DNA of 60,215 nucleotides, taken from positions 1 through 60,215 of IMG/VR virus record IMGVR_UViG_3300013131_003128; one strand, given 5' to 3'. The first letter of the stretch is position 1; each line of letters begins with the position of its first letter. Below the pieces are notes generated by a model, which saw only the letters and a list, made by a program, of their open reading frames with translations, had not been told where the DNA came from and did no database searches. Source of the stretch: a virus (lineage: Duplodnaviria > Caudoviricetes). Positions 9,112 through 19,563 of the stretch are shown here, one piece after another. The position numbers and the translations under genes are program-made.

Positions 9112-10366
9112 AATCTTTAAATTCTGGAGTGACTTCTTCAAAGCATTGATTGCGTGTCTTGTCTAATCTACGATTAAATTCCACACAATCTTGCCAAAGT
9201 TGACTTTGGTCTATGGCATTGATATAATTGATGTTGTCTTGTATTTGCCCTAGTGTGTAGTTCAGTAACTTAGGGTGTTGTTTGATCATTTTAAAGTTTT
9301 TGATTTTACTGCTGACTGAGTTTAATCTATCAATTGCCTTGTCTTTCAATTTGCGAGGCAACACCTGTGCTGATAACACTTTAGGATATTCAACTCTGTG
9401 ACTGTGAAATACAATGCCTATGTCATTAAGAAAATATTCAATAATTTTATCCAAAACCATTACATTACTAACCTGCACTGTCACTGCGCCTACTATCCTA
9501 CTGATGTTTGGTATGGTTTGTATTTGTTTGATATTGTTAATTAATTTCGACCAAGATGCATTACCTCTGATATATTCGTAATTAGATTCTATACCATCTA
9601 TGCTAACATTCACTGCTACACTTTTAAATTTGGGCCAATATTGCCAAATAGTTCTGTCACCTTTGCCCAACATGCTGAGATTAGTAGCATATTTAATTTC
9701 TATTTGATGACCATATGGCGCCAACATATCTAATATTCTATAATGTTGAGGATCCATCAGTGGTTCTCCCCCCGCAAATTCTACTCTACGAAAGTAAGGC
9801 AATAATTTTTCTAAACTAACCCACCATTTTGGATCGTCTTGAAATTTGTCTAAAAAAGGTTTATTTTCTAGATTATGTTTTTCCACAATATCAAACATGA
9901 TATTGCTTTCTTTTTTGTAAAATTCTTTTATCACACTCCAATCATTCCAACTGGTACTATCCATGGGATGACACATACGACATTTAAGATTACACAGATT
10001 GTTTAATTTTAATTCTATAGTAGGAATTTCAAAAGGCATAGAAAAATCGTCCTGTAATTTTTCTAATGCGTCTGGATAAAGATTTACACGTGCTTCGGGT
10101 ATGTTTCCTCTAATATGTCTTTGTCGGAGACTTTCTACTCCTTGATCTTCCAGCCTAAAACAAGCATCACATTCTTTAGGGCGTTCACCATTCAGTACTT
10201 GTTTGCGTATGCGCTTCATGGTTTCATTATTCCATATTTCTTCTAAAGTTTGTTCCGCTACATTACCCACCGGATGACTTCGGCAACAGGCTGTAACTGC
10301 GCCGTCTTCTCTGGTTGCTAGTCCCGTGAACGGATGCATACAGAATGTTTTACTGAGTTTTTTCAA
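9104..10366 (-). CDS. Radical SAM protein with N-terminal SPASM/twitch-like domain, paralog of 4753..6222
   Basis: FCMHPF...ACC...CDAC, CNLKCRMC, FAGGEP. Likely TTG start at 10366 preceded by AGGAAG. Confidence 0.88.
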   Translation of the reverse strand: MKKLSKTFCMHPFTGLATREDGAVTACCRSHPVGNVAEQTLEEIWNNETMKRIRKQVLNGERPKECDACFRLEDQGVESLRQRHIRGNIPEARVNLYPDALEKLQDDFSMPFEIPTIELKLNNLCNLKCRMCHPMDSTSWNDWSVIKEFYKKESNIMFDIVEKHNLENKPFLDKFQDDPKWWVSLEKLLPYFRRVEFAGGEPLMDPQHYRILDMLAPYGHQIEIKYATNLSMLGKGDRTIWQYWPKFKSVAVNVSIDGIESNYEYIRGNASWSKLINNIKQIQTIPNISRIVGAVTVQVSNVMVLDKIIEYFLNDIGIVFHSHRVEYPKVLSAQVLPRKLKDKAIDRLNSVSSKIKNFKMIKQHPKLLNYTLGQIQDNINYINAIDQSQLWQDCVEFNRRLDKTRNQCFEEVTPEFKDYV

Positions 10367-11096
10367 TTGCCCACTTCCTTTCTTTACACCAAAAACATTC
10401 ACCACACTCTGGCACATATTGATTACTTACATAATTGGTATAATTTATACCTTGAATTTCACCTTCACAACTTCTAGTGAGATCAAATAAATCTTGTATG
10501 TTGTGTGTTATGTATTGTTGTACTACCCAGTCTTTCTCTATAAATCTTAAAGGATGTAGTGCCCATTTGTTCATGTGTCTCATAATCTGTAGATGAGTGT
10601 TATCTTCGTTTATCTCTATATCTCGTTCACGCATGCCGCCTAATGATATATTTCTAGGATTACGGGTAACTCCATTGTAATATGCTTCACATTGATTTTG
10701 CTCGCACACATATTCAGCAAAAGCTCTGATCTCTATGTTGTCACCACTAACTTTTTTGCCGTATTCATCAGTAAGATTAGGACCAGTGTGGGCATATTCT
10801 AGATCTGGTGCAATAAAATTTTCATATCTTTTAAATGTAATATTTGGAAATCTATTACACAGCCATTTGTACACCGCCATGCTATTGTCACGCTGCCAAG
10901 GTTTAGTTTTCCAACATCTTATGTGACTTATTACATGCATTTCAACATTTAGTTTGTTTTTTTGAAAAATATCTGCTAGTAGATAACCCAGCAGTGCGCT
11001 GTCAGCTCCGCCAGATATACTGATACAAATTTTTTTCCAATCATATGAAAATGGAATGTCAACCTTATCTATATTGCAAAAACTGAGATTAGACAT
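10350..11096 (-). CDS. PP-loop ATP pyrophosphatase (QueC-like)
   Basis: ISISGGADS PP-loop; TRSC...CGECFWC Zn motif. Similar to QueC but function not established. Confidence 0.75.
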   Translation of the reverse strand: MSNLSFCNIDKVDIPFSYDWKKICISISGGADSALLGYLLADIFQKNKLNVEMHVISHIRCWKTKPWQRDNSMAVYKWLCNRFPNITFKRYENFIAPDLEYAHTGPNLTDEYGKKVSGDNIEIRAFAEYVCEQNQCEAYYNGVTRNPRNISLGGMRERDIEINEDNTHLQIMRHMNKWALHPLRFIEKDWVVQQYITHNIQDLFDLTRSCEGEIQGINYTNYVSNQYVPECGECFWCKERKWAIEKTQ

Positions 11097-11940
11097 GTGT
11101 CTCCAAATAATTTATAAGTTTAGATACTCCCAAAGGTCCTTCATTGCTCATAGCTAGATGTATACATTTGGTTTCTAATAGATTAAAATCTTTACATATT
11201 TTTTCATAGTGATCTTGATATTCTGTCCAAAGATAATCCATTGGAAATTTTTGCATAAAATGCATGCCTATTTTAACAGCAGCTTTGATCACCATGTTGT
11301 AGTCATTCATGAGACTGATTGAATCATTGACTTGTTCACTTTTGTGCCATCTTACACCAATTCTATTCCATCCTAGACCTAATCCTTTGCTTAAACTGCT
11401 GGCAAAACTCACTATGGCTGGATGATCAAAATTAAATTCAATATCTTTACAGCATGACATCCACGCTCCGTCGATGTGTACAGGAATATTTTTTATAAGT
11501 GCTTGATTTAAAATAGATTGCATGTCATGTCTCATGTCTCCTGTGCTAGGAAATGGCATAGCAACTACCAAAGGCACAGCTTGTTTCAATTCTTCTATTT
11601 TTTTTATTATGTGTGCCTGACCTAATCTCTCATGATATCTATAATCATTTTCAAACACTTGTAAATTGCCTTGCATGTAGAGATTATCGATATACTGTGT
11701 GCAACCTAAAATTACGTCTTTTCTTTGAAAACTCAGATGTCCTTTAAATCTGTTAATGGTTGAAGAAAAAATATATTGTTCAAACTTTTGAATAAATTCT
11801 GCACATAATTCTTTGTTTATATTTTTGTCTATTCCTCCGGTAAGAACGTTAGTGATTTCATTTTTAATTTTTTGATCACTTAATGGACTTGGACGATGTG
11901 TTTCTAAATTCTTTTTAGAATAGCCAGTAGTTTTATTCAT
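11089..11940 (-). CDS. PLP-dependent transferase/decarboxylase-like protein
   Basis: VHIDGAW (PLP-binding Asp) and SLSKGLG (Schiff-base Lys), RIG. Confidence 0.65.
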   Translation of the reverse strand: MNKTTGYSKKNLETHRPSPLSDQKIKNEITNVLTGGIDKNINKELCAEFIQKFEQYIFSSTINRFKGHLSFQRKDVILGCTQYIDNLYMQGNLQVFENDYRYHERLGQAHIIKKIEELKQAVPLVVAMPFPSTGDMRHDMQSILNQALIKNIPVHIDGAWMSCCKDIEFNFDHPAIVSFASSLSKGLGLGWNRIGVRWHKSEQVNDSISLMNDYNMVIKAAVKIGMHFMQKFPMDYLWTEYQDHYEKICKDFNLLETKCIHLAMSNEGPLGVSKLINYLETHV

Positions 11941-13324
11941 TTATGTAATCCTGTTTTGTATTTAAGTGTTCTGTTTTTTGCGCAGAATCTTTCGTGTGCC
12001 ATGTGGCTTTGAGACAAGAATTCACGTTTTGTTCGGTAAAATCAGTCGCACATCCTATTAGTCTGTTGTAGTGCACCAATCCAGACCACGCATGATCTGA
12101 TAAAATTATATTGATTTTTTCTTTGTGTTTTTTAAGATAGTTTATTAAATTGTTTTCTGCCTTTATTCTTTGTGTGAGACTGACAAATGCTGCATTGGGC
12201 TCATAACAAAAAACATTGCTTAGATTCAATATTGTATTATGGTGATTTATTACAGGAACGCTAAAATTTTCTAATATATCACAGTGATGAAAACTGAAAT
12301 GTAAGTTTTCTACTATATGCCATAAATGTTTAATTTTATCAAAATGTAAATCAATTTCTTCTTTGGAATTTATCCAATGGTTGGTATTTGTGGGCATCAC
12401 TGATTTAAGAAAAGAATAATAATCTTTACCTTTAAATTTTTCTACAATATTTTTTATATATCGCAAAGCATTTTCATTATGATCATAAAAAGATATCAAA
12501 GTATTGTCTGTGTAACCATATTTGTGCAAATAAAACAACCAGTTCAATCCGCTAGCAGGTGTAATGAATTGTATTATAGGTCCTGAAATTTGCAATTGTT
12601 GTGGTTCTTCAGTATTAATAGGATAGAACAATTTATTTTTTGCAAATTTATATCGATCATGTATAAATTCACTGTTTTTAATAAAATCTTCTTCATACTG
12701 AGCGTAATAACAACGCTTACTATTGCGTATGCTTGAATCAAATATTAAAACATTTTCATCATTTTCCAGTGCTACACTTAATATTTCATTGCCATGCCAT
12801 TTGTGCTGATATTGTTTTTTTAAAGTGCCTGATTTTATCCATAAAGGAGTATAATCGTCATGATAATTTTCCACACTTCTCACAGGTTGCACGTGTTCAT
12901 GTGTGGCATTCATTTGAATTTGTGTAATTTTTGGCATATTGTATTGGGCATATTTTTTTAAATTGATCACGTAACATTGTGAGTGTAATTCAAAATAGCC
13001 TTCACGTCTGTCTAATACATGACCTGCTAAAAAAAAATCTTTTGAACACAATTCTATCAAATGATTAAAAAAAATAGATCCTAAAAATTCTGTATCTGCA
13101 TCAAAAACTACTGCGTGACTATATTTTTTTGTAATTGTTGGCAAAACTTGGTTCACATCTAATGTATTAATTAGATCATATCCTTTGCTGCAAATGTTAC
13201 TGATACTATAATCAGCAATATTTTTTATAATTTCTTTATGATCATTGTTTTTAATTAAATGTGTGTTGTCCACGCATACAAAAATTATATTAGATTTTTT
13301 ATTTAATCCACTAAAGAATATCAT
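11933..13324 (-). CDS. Hypothetical protein (possible glycosyltransferase-like N-terminus, methyltransferase-like C-terminus)
   Basis: 463-aa ORF coupled to neighbours; VFDAD and TPASGL...FYD are weak motifs. Confidence 0.55.
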   Translation of the reverse strand: MIFFSGLNKKSNIIFVCVDNTHLIKNNDHKEIIKNIADYSISNICSKGYDLINTLDVNQVLPTITKKYSHAVVFDADTEFLGSIFFNHLIELCSKDFFLAGHVLDRREGYFELHSQCYVINLKKYAQYNMPKITQIQMNATHEHVQPVRSVENYHDDYTPLWIKSGTLKKQYQHKWHGNEILSVALENDENVLIFDSSIRNSKRCYYAQYEEDFIKNSEFIHDRYKFAKNKLFYPINTEEPQQLQISGPIIQFITPASGLNWLFYLHKYGYTDNTLISFYDHNENALRYIKNIVEKFKGKDYYSFLKSVMPTNTNHWINSKEEIDLHFDKIKHLWHIVENLHFSFHHCDILENFSVPVINHHNTILNLSNVFCYEPNAAFVSLTQRIKAENNLINYLKKHKEKINIILSDHAWSGLVHYNRLIGCATDFTEQNVNSCLKATWHTKDSAQKTEHLNTKQDYINE

Positions 13325-13979
13325 TTTTTATTGCACTCCTAGCAATTAATTCGCAAAATTTTTCACGTTGCTTGCCCACGTGTACCTGAGCAATCATGTG
13401 TATTCTATCTTTGGTACCGTTGTTTTTTACTGTGTGATTGTTTAGTATGTTAATTAAAAACACACTGCCTGGTTTCCAAGGCACTATGCCGTGATTTTCA
13501 ATTTCCATAATGCAATCTTTAGGGTGAGTAATGCTGCAATTAATAGGCAATAGATAATCTAGCAAATCTATGTTATCCAACTTATTGTTTGGAGAATCAT
13601 TGTGCAAGCCCACATAACCATTGGGTGCTAATTTCATAAATCTAACTCTAGTAAATTTTTCTGCAGGAAAGTTTTTCCAAAATTGGGTGGCTTTTGGGGC
13701 TAATTGTGTCAAGGCAGTCCAATAATAAGGAGCATTTAATTCATCCATGTGTCCATAATGTTGTGATACTTGAGTTTTAGTAATGCCCAGACCGTGTAAA
13801 CAACAACTTTGCCATCCTTTGTGATTTTCTCCTTCTCTATGATCCACATAAAAATCATTCACAGCAGATAACTCTTGATGATCCATATAATTGTCAAATG
13901 AAATGTCTAATTGTAACCAGCCTATTTGTTTTTTTTTAAATTTTTCTAATATTTGTTTGGTTATTTGTTCATTGTTCAT
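13311..13979 (-). CDS. Asp/Asn beta-hydroxylase-like Fe(II)/2OG oxygenase
   Basis: RVRFMKLAPNGYVGLHND...NNHTVKN...RIHMI. Confidence 0.8.
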   Translation of the reverse strand: MNNEQITKQILEKFKKKQIGWLQLDISFDNYMDHQELSAVNDFYVDHREGENHKGWQSCCLHGLGITKTQVSQHYGHMDELNAPYYWTALTQLAPKATQFWKNFPAEKFTRVRFMKLAPNGYVGLHNDSPNNKLDNIDLLDYLLPINCSITHPKDCIMEIENHGIVPWKPGSVFLINILNNHTVKNNGTKDRIHMIAQVHVGKQREKFCELIARSAIKNDIL

Positions 13980-14584
13980 TGTTTTTTACCTACAATCATA
14001 AATCTTTTGTATTTTTCTGTTTGTAATTCACTGGGTTCCACTATAGGATACAGTTTACTTTGTGAAACAAACTGATTTAAATCTTTCATGGGATTCACAT
14101 GTTCAGCAATCACATAGTCATTGCTTTGCAACACAATAATTTTGTCTTTGGGTATTAAATTCAACCATTCATTGTATTGTTCTGTTGTCAAATGCTCACA
14201 CACTGTGTTGATAATCATATCATAACGATCATATTCTTTATAATTCAGCATGTCTTGAGTGACAGCACGGAATCTTCCAGCGATTTCATACTGTTTGTTC
14301 ATGGTATTGGCTGTGTTTTCACACTTGCTGTCTATGTCCATGCTGGTTATTCGGTTCACATACAGATCGCTGTTGAATAAAAGTGTGGCCATCACTCCAT
14401 ACCATCCACCACAAATCAAAATATCCATACTGTATGCTCTGGGTAATTTTTTTAGTTGTTCAATCAACCATACTTTGCTGTTGATTTGACCTTTCCAGAA
14501 ACTTTCCAGTGTGCGATATCTATCATCAGACTGTCTGATGGCATCCATCCAAAATAAAACGTCTTGTATGTTAATTTTCAACAA
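13976..14584 (-). CDS. Class I SAM-dependent methyltransferase
   Basis: ILICGGWYG SAM-binding loop, SMDID, INTVCEH. Confidence 0.75.
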   Translation of the reverse strand: MLKINIQDVLFWMDAIRQSDDRYRTLESFWKGQINSKVWLIEQLKKLPRAYSMDILICGGWYGVMATLLFNSDLYVNRITSMDIDSKCENTANTMNKQYEIAGRFRAVTQDMLNYKEYDRYDMIINTVCEHLTTEQYNEWLNLIPKDKIIVLQSNDYVIAEHVNPMKDLNQFVSQSKLYPIVEPSELQTEKYKRFMIVGKKQ

Positions 14585-15560
14585 ATTGCGCTCCTAGTTT
14601 ATCAAATGAACCACATTGTTTGCTGCATTCTTTCAATCCCACTGTGTTCCACTGTGATTCAATCTTAGCAAAATAACCGCTGGCAAATATTTCCTGCAGT
14701 GTTTGACGATGCAGATTGGGAAATTCTGAAATTTTTTCCATATAATCTATTCTTGATTCCTGCATGGGTGGTATCCATTCCATATCCAACCAACAGCAGG
14801 GTGAAACATTGCCACAAGCACTCACATATATCTGTTTGCCTTTTTGCGCTTTGCAAACAATGTGTGGTCTGTCTTCTTTTTGTGATTGTTCAATCAATGG
14901 AATCATCTCCAAACTGTTTTGAGTGGGCTTTATTCTGTGCGTGGGTCTGCCCATATCATCAATCACCTGCAAATAATCTTGTTTGAATCTAGAAGTGTGT
15001 TTGATACTAAAGTCCGCAAAGCCCATTTGTTTGCTCATGGTTCTTGCTTGTTCAATTTGATGTTCATTGTGAGCAAACACCAGCATGTGCCATTTGGCCA
15101 CTCCACCTGCTGCGATGAATGCTTGCGCATTCTGCATAATCTTATCAAAATCTGTGCTGATCCTGTACAAATGATTGGTATCTTTTAGACCATCCAATCC
15201 AAATGTTACTTTTACCTTTAATTGTGCCAGTCTCTTCCACCAGTCTGTGTCTCTAGCACTGCCGTTGGTGTGCATGGCCAATCTAATAGCAGGATTGGCT
15301 TCACGCAGATACTGATATATTTCCAATGTGTCTTTGGATATGATAGGATCACCCAAATTACCACACATGAACAAACTATGTAATTGTTGTACAAATTTTT
15401 TTGCGAACCATTGTTTGAATTGTGCCACAGTGATCTCTTCCAACTTGATAAAAGGATTTAAAGGACCTCCACTGATTCTTCTGGGACACATGGGACATCG
15501 GGCTTGACACTTGCTGGTGATTTCCAAATGAATATCTCTTATGTCTTCATATCTATACAT
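14571..15560 (-). CDS. Radical SAM/SPASM protein
   Basis: CQARCPMC, GNLGDP, HTNG; C-terminal C...PCCW...CSKQC. Confidence 0.9.
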   Translation of the reverse strand: MYRYEDIRDIHLEITSKCQARCPMCPRRISGGPLNPFIKLEEITVAQFKQWFAKKFVQQLHSLFMCGNLGDPIISKDTLEIYQYLREANPAIRLAMHTNGSARDTDWWKRLAQLKVKVTFGLDGLKDTNHLYRISTDFDKIMQNAQAFIAAGGVAKWHMLVFAHNEHQIEQARTMSKQMGFADFSIKHTSRFKQDYLQVIDDMGRPTHRIKPTQNSLEMIPLIEQSQKEDRPHIVCKAQKGKQIYVSACGNVSPCCWLDMEWIPPMQESRIDYMEKISEFPNLHRQTLQEIFASGYFAKIESQWNTVGLKECSKQCGSFDKLGAQFVEN

Positions 15561-16554
15561 GTCTGGCCTTGGGTATTTTGCTATCTGCTGAACTCACACA
15601 AGTGGGAGTGATGCAAATTCTTGGTTTATCAAACAGTTTAAATCCTTGTTCTATACTGCCCAGTGGTTCATCATGACAACTGTAACTGCGTTTGACTTCT
15701 CCGCCTGGTTCTCTAATGATACAACTCTGATATCCAGCATTACAGTGCCATCCTTGGAATTTATTGAAGCCAAAAGCATTGAATCTTTCTGCTTGATCCA
15801 TGTAATACTTGTTGCCTTGTGCGTCTTGCATTTCGATTTGAAATAGATCCTTGTATTTTTCACCTTCCTGTATGCGTTGTGGAAATCCTGTTTGCAAAGT
15901 GTTCAATTGTGCAACACTGTAACCATCTACCACATGACTGGCAGTCGGATCACTCTGTGGTTTCAGTGTGACATTGATGCCTCTGGAGTGAAATCTAGCG
16001 CATCTGTCATAGTATTCTGTGAATCTATTGGGCACCATCACTTGATTGATTGTGACAAACACATTATTCTTCATTAACAGCAATATTTTATCTCCAAATT
16101 TTTGTTCATCAGCAAATTCAGCATGAAAACTGGCAGTGATGCTGCGACGGTTCAAAGACTTTGTGGCTTCCAACCATCTATGCCACCATTTTTCCGAAGG
16201 ACTTAGATTGGTGGTCATGTGAATACTCTGATATTCTGCAGCCGTGTCAGCGCTGTAATGCTGTATCAACTGTAAAAAATCTTTGTAGGCCGTGGGTTCT
16301 CCACCTGAGAAACTGAAATGATAGTCTGTGAATCCATTCAATCTGGCCTGGCGTTTGATTTCATCCACCACTGCTGTGTAAACTGACAATGGTCTGTGAT
16401 CTTTCTGTTTGCTTTTGGCATAAGGCCAGCAGTAAGAGCAATCATAATTGCAAAAACGAGCCAAGATCCAACTCACAGAAAATAACTTGCTGTTCAGCAT
16501 GGTGCGTTGACCAAAGTTTATGATTTTATCAAATGGAATGTTATGATCTATCAT
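15553..16554 (-). CDS. Radical SAM protein with C-terminal twitch-like domain
   Basis: CNYDCSYC, SGGEPT, TTN, CNAG...SC...CITPTC. Likely start is ATG 16554 (ATGA overlap). Confidence 0.9.
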   Translation of the reverse strand: MIDHNIPFDKIINFGQRTMLNSKLFSVSWILARFCNYDCSYCWPYAKSKQKDHRPLSVYTAVVDEIKRQARLNGFTDYHFSFSGGEPTAYKDFLQLIQHYSADTAAEYQSIHMTTNLSPSEKWWHRWLEATKSLNRRSITASFHAEFADEQKFGDKILLLMKNNVFVTINQVMVPNRFTEYYDRCARFHSRGINVTLKPQSDPTASHVVDGYSVAQLNTLQTGFPQRIQEGEKYKDLFQIEMQDAQGNKYYMDQAERFNAFGFNKFQGWHCNAGYQSCIIREPGGEVKRSYSCHDEPLGSIEQGFKLFDKPRICITPTCVSSADSKIPKARHV

Positions 16555-17255
16555 AATACATCTTTCTCCATGTGTGGAAATTGCCCCACAAATGTCAATC
16601 GTAACCATTCAAAGTTGTTGATCATTCTCAAAGCATCTAAATTACCTCTGTTGTCTGTGCCATACACTCTGCCTGCCAATGCTCCAGCAATGGCATACTC
16701 TCCAAATAGTTGATCTGCACCCACTGTGCACCAGATTAACAATCTTTTTTCAGTTTCTTTGTCCACTTGACGATCAATCACCTTGCTGCTGAGTTTGACA
16801 CACTCTCTAAAAGCACTTTTCCATGTGTTGAACGGATCTGTGTTGAACATGGTCACGTTAGAAACTTGTTCATTAGCAAAAAAAACATCTGATATGCTGG
16901 TGGTCATGTCTATTCTATTAATATCCATCTGCATGGTTAATCTTTTAGGCAATAATTTTACGCCTCCATAGCCATATTCCAATTCATTAATAGGATTAGA
17001 ACTTCTCCACACATGCACAGCATTATGATATTTGTCTGGCACAACATAATTAAAATAAAAATCATCTTTGATCACAGCATCACCATCCACTACCCAAAAC
17101 ATTTTGGTTAAACTCTGTGTGGCAGCTTTGATGTGTGCTTGTTGAATGCCTTTCACACCATGAATTCTTTGAGTCAATGGAAATCTTTGTTTCAACACAG
17201 CATAATTTTGATCTGCGTTGGGTTCATTGTAACTGATAAAAAATATATCGTACAT
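16551..17255 (-). CDS. Glycosyltransferase-like protein (GT-A fold)
   Basis: DIFFISYNEPN...HGVKG..AH...WVVDGD (DxD); paralog of 17255..18163. Confidence 0.65.
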   Translation of the reverse strand: MYDIFFISYNEPNADQNYAVLKQRFPLTQRIHGVKGIQQAHIKAATQSLTKMFWVVDGDAVIKDDFYFNYVVPDKYHNAVHVWRSSNPINELEYGYGGVKLLPKRLTMQMDINRIDMTTSISDVFFANEQVSNVTMFNTDPFNTWKSAFRECVKLSSKVIDRQVDKETEKRLLIWCTVGADQLFGEYAIAGALAGRVYGTDNRGNLDALRMINNFEWLRLTFVGQFPHMEKDVL

Positions 17256-18163
17256 CAAATTGTCTTTCTAATTATACGAGGCGTATTCACGTACAATTTT
17301 TTAAAAAATTTGCTGTTATCAACGCCAAAAGGTTCTACAGGAAAATCCATATCATGGATTTTTTTTAATTCTTTACCTAAAATTATACTTTTTTGCTTGG
17401 CATCTTTTTCATCACAGGTATCATTATTGCTAAAACTCAACCATAATTGTTCTAAATTTTTAAAATCTCTAACCTGTGTATAGTCCCACATGGTGCAAAG
17501 CACTCTATAACAGCCTTCTCTAGCGCCTGCAATAGACCAAATACCATGTTCCACATCCTGACCCACAGTCATCCAAATCAATAATCTATGATAGTTCTGC
17601 CACCACAGTTCACTAACGTGTTTAATCCTATAATTTTTGCTTAAACTCATCTTTACTCCTTCTCTAAAACCAGCTCTCCACGCCTGTTTGGCTGTGCTGT
17701 TGATGTAACTGGTGCTATAATTTTCGTTAAACTGATACAAATTATTAAAATAACAAAATTCTATTTCGTTATGGTCTTTACCAATGTAATTTTCATGTGT
17801 TTTCATTTCTTTTACAAATTTTCTAGTCCATAACTTGAGACTGCCATTGCCATATTTTAATCCATTCACATTAATGTGTCCGCACCAGCTAAAGATCCAG
17901 TTTGAGTCCATACCCATAGCATCCAAATCCAGTATCACGTCTAATATTTTTGGATTAATTTGTGTGTCACCATCGACAGTTAAAAAATATTCTGTGGCAG
18001 AAAGATCAGCGCATGCCTTATGAGCAGTGTCTGATCCATGTACACCATGCACTCGTTTAGCCCAAGGCACCAATTGTTTTAGTGCTGCATAGTTTCTTTC
18101 ACAATTGGGTTCGTCATAGCTTAAAAATATTATGTCGCAATCTTTTATTGCAATTTTATTCAT
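17255..18163 (-). CDS. Glycosyltransferase-like protein (GT-A fold)
   Basis: DIIFLSYDEPN...HGVHG..AH...TVDGD, AWRAGFREGVK. Likely start is ATG 18163. Confidence 0.65.
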   Translation of the reverse strand: MNKIAIKDCDIIFLSYDEPNCERNYAALKQLVPWAKRVHGVHGSDTAHKACADLSATEYFLTVDGDTQINPKILDVILDLDAMGMDSNWIFSWCGHINVNGLKYGNGSLKLWTRKFVKEMKTHENYIGKDHNEIEFCYFNNLYQFNENYSTSYINSTAKQAWRAGFREGVKMSLSKNYRIKHVSELWWQNYHRLLIWMTVGQDVEHGIWSIAGAREGCYRVLCTMWDYTQVRDFKNLEQLWLSFSNNDTCDEKDAKQKSIILGKELKKIHDMDFPVEPFGVDNSKFFKKLYVNTPRIIRKTI

Positions 18164-18713
18164 ATATTCTTTCCAAAGAGTAATCAAAAACTTTTTTGCA
18201 GTAAATGTCTACCTCATCTCTTGGTGTGTAATCAAAACTTATTGTTTTTTTAATAGTTAATTCATACAAATTAACTTCAAATATTTGATCCAATTGAGTA
18301 GCATCATTTTTTTTACAACTATAAAAATTGTGCATTCTTTGATTGGTATCTGATACTGTGACTTTAAGTGTATTTTTAAAATTTTCATCTATAATAAATT
18401 CTATTTTTTTTTGTTTTTTTAATATTCTAATGAGAATGCCTTTGTGATCTTTGGTTTTATTTGGAATTTTGTACACATTTTTATTTACAATATTATTTGT
18501 ACTGTTTTGCACAATAAGACCTTCTTTTTGCACCACCCCTCTTTTGCATAATTTATAGATGCCTTGCACATATTCTATTTTATAATTGAACATAGATTCA
18601 AGTCCCATTATAAATTTTTCTCCTAATTGATTATCTATGGGTACACTGTTGTGAGATTCACTTACAGAGCAGCTAAGAATTTTTCCTGATTCTAAATCAA
18701 AGGTTACAAACAT
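18156..18713 (-). CDS. Hypothetical protein
   Basis: ORF inside the operon; likely start MFVTFD at 18713. Confidence 0.6.
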   Translation of the reverse strand: MFVTFDLESGKILSCSVSESHNSVPIDNQLGEKFIMGLESMFNYKIEYVQGIYKLCKRGVVQKEGLIVQNSTNNIVNKNVYKIPNKTKDHKGILIRILKKQKKIEFIIDENFKNTLKVTVSDTNQRMHNFYSCKKNDATQLDQIFEVNLYELTIKKTISFDYTPRDEVDIYCKKVFDYSLERIYE

Positions 18714-18714
18714 T

Positions 18715-19563
18715 TTATTCAATCCTTTTAGAATATTTTTTTTCAATTATTTTTAACAAATCATCAGTTAAAAATTCATTTTCCACATAATGCAGTACTC
18801 CTTGCTGACGGAAATTGTCAATTTTTATTTGCATGTTTGAGTCAAAGTACACGTTTACTTTTTCCATCCAATTATTGGGCACAGTAATCCAATTTTGTAA
18901 ATGTGGTTTCATATGAGTAAAAGTAATAAATGAATTTGTGCTGGTAATTTTCGACGTAAGATTTAAAATTTTACTGGCCAAAGACACACTAACATCCATA
19001 CTGCACCATGTTTGTTGATTTTTTGGAGTAAATTCTGCATAAAAAATATTGTGGTTGCGTACAATGTTTGCCAAAAGATCTAAAAATTTAAAATTTTCTC
19101 GGCATCGATTGTAGTAATGCACTCCACAATATAGATTGGGTAGATCATTTTCCACAAAGGTTTTGCGATAAAAATCACTGCCTACATACTCATCTCTGTA
19201 ATTTTTTACTGTGCTGGTGAAGTACATGTTGTAATTTTGCAAAAATTTCCACCAATGACTGATATCTGACAACACTAACATATCAGCATCCAATATTATA
19301 CTGCGTTCAAATGGAGTGCATTGATATATTTTATATCTGTTTTGAATTTTCCAGTCTTGATCTGCAGCTTCATCATTTCCTGGAATATCTAACACATGAT
19401 CAAAAACTTTACTAATACTTTTGTTAATATTTGCATTGGTAATAAGGCAAACTTTACTGTTGGGCATTTGTATTTTTATACTCATTGCTAGAGCATAGGC
19501 TTGAGTAGCATAGTCAGTATTTTTATTATGCTGTGCAAATATGCAAAAACCTTGTGCTGTCAT
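18715..19563 (-). CDS. Glycosyltransferase-like protein (GT8/mannosyltransferase-like)
   Basis: AYALAMSIK...TPFERSIILDADML (DxD); paralog of 19560..20411. Confidence 0.7.
   Translation of the reverse strand: MTAQGFCIFAQHNKNTDYATQAYALAMSIKIQMPNSKVCLITNANINKSISKVFDHVLDIPGNDEAADQDWKIQNRYKIYQCTPFERSIILDADMLVLSDISHWWKFLQNYNMYFTSTVKNYRDEYVGSDFYRKTFVENDLPNLYCGVHYYNRCRENFKFLDLLANIVRNHNIFYAEFTPKNQQTWCSMDVSVSLASKILNLTSKITSTNSFITFTHMKPHLQNWITVPNNWMEKVNVYFDSNMQIKIDNFRQQGVLHYVENEFLTDDLLKIIEKKYSKRIE

Noticed and set aside
10350-11096. Assigning the gene symbol queC and a 7-deazaguanine DNA modification pathway
   Set aside because: Only the PP-loop and Zn motifs match, and partner genes are not visible in the window.
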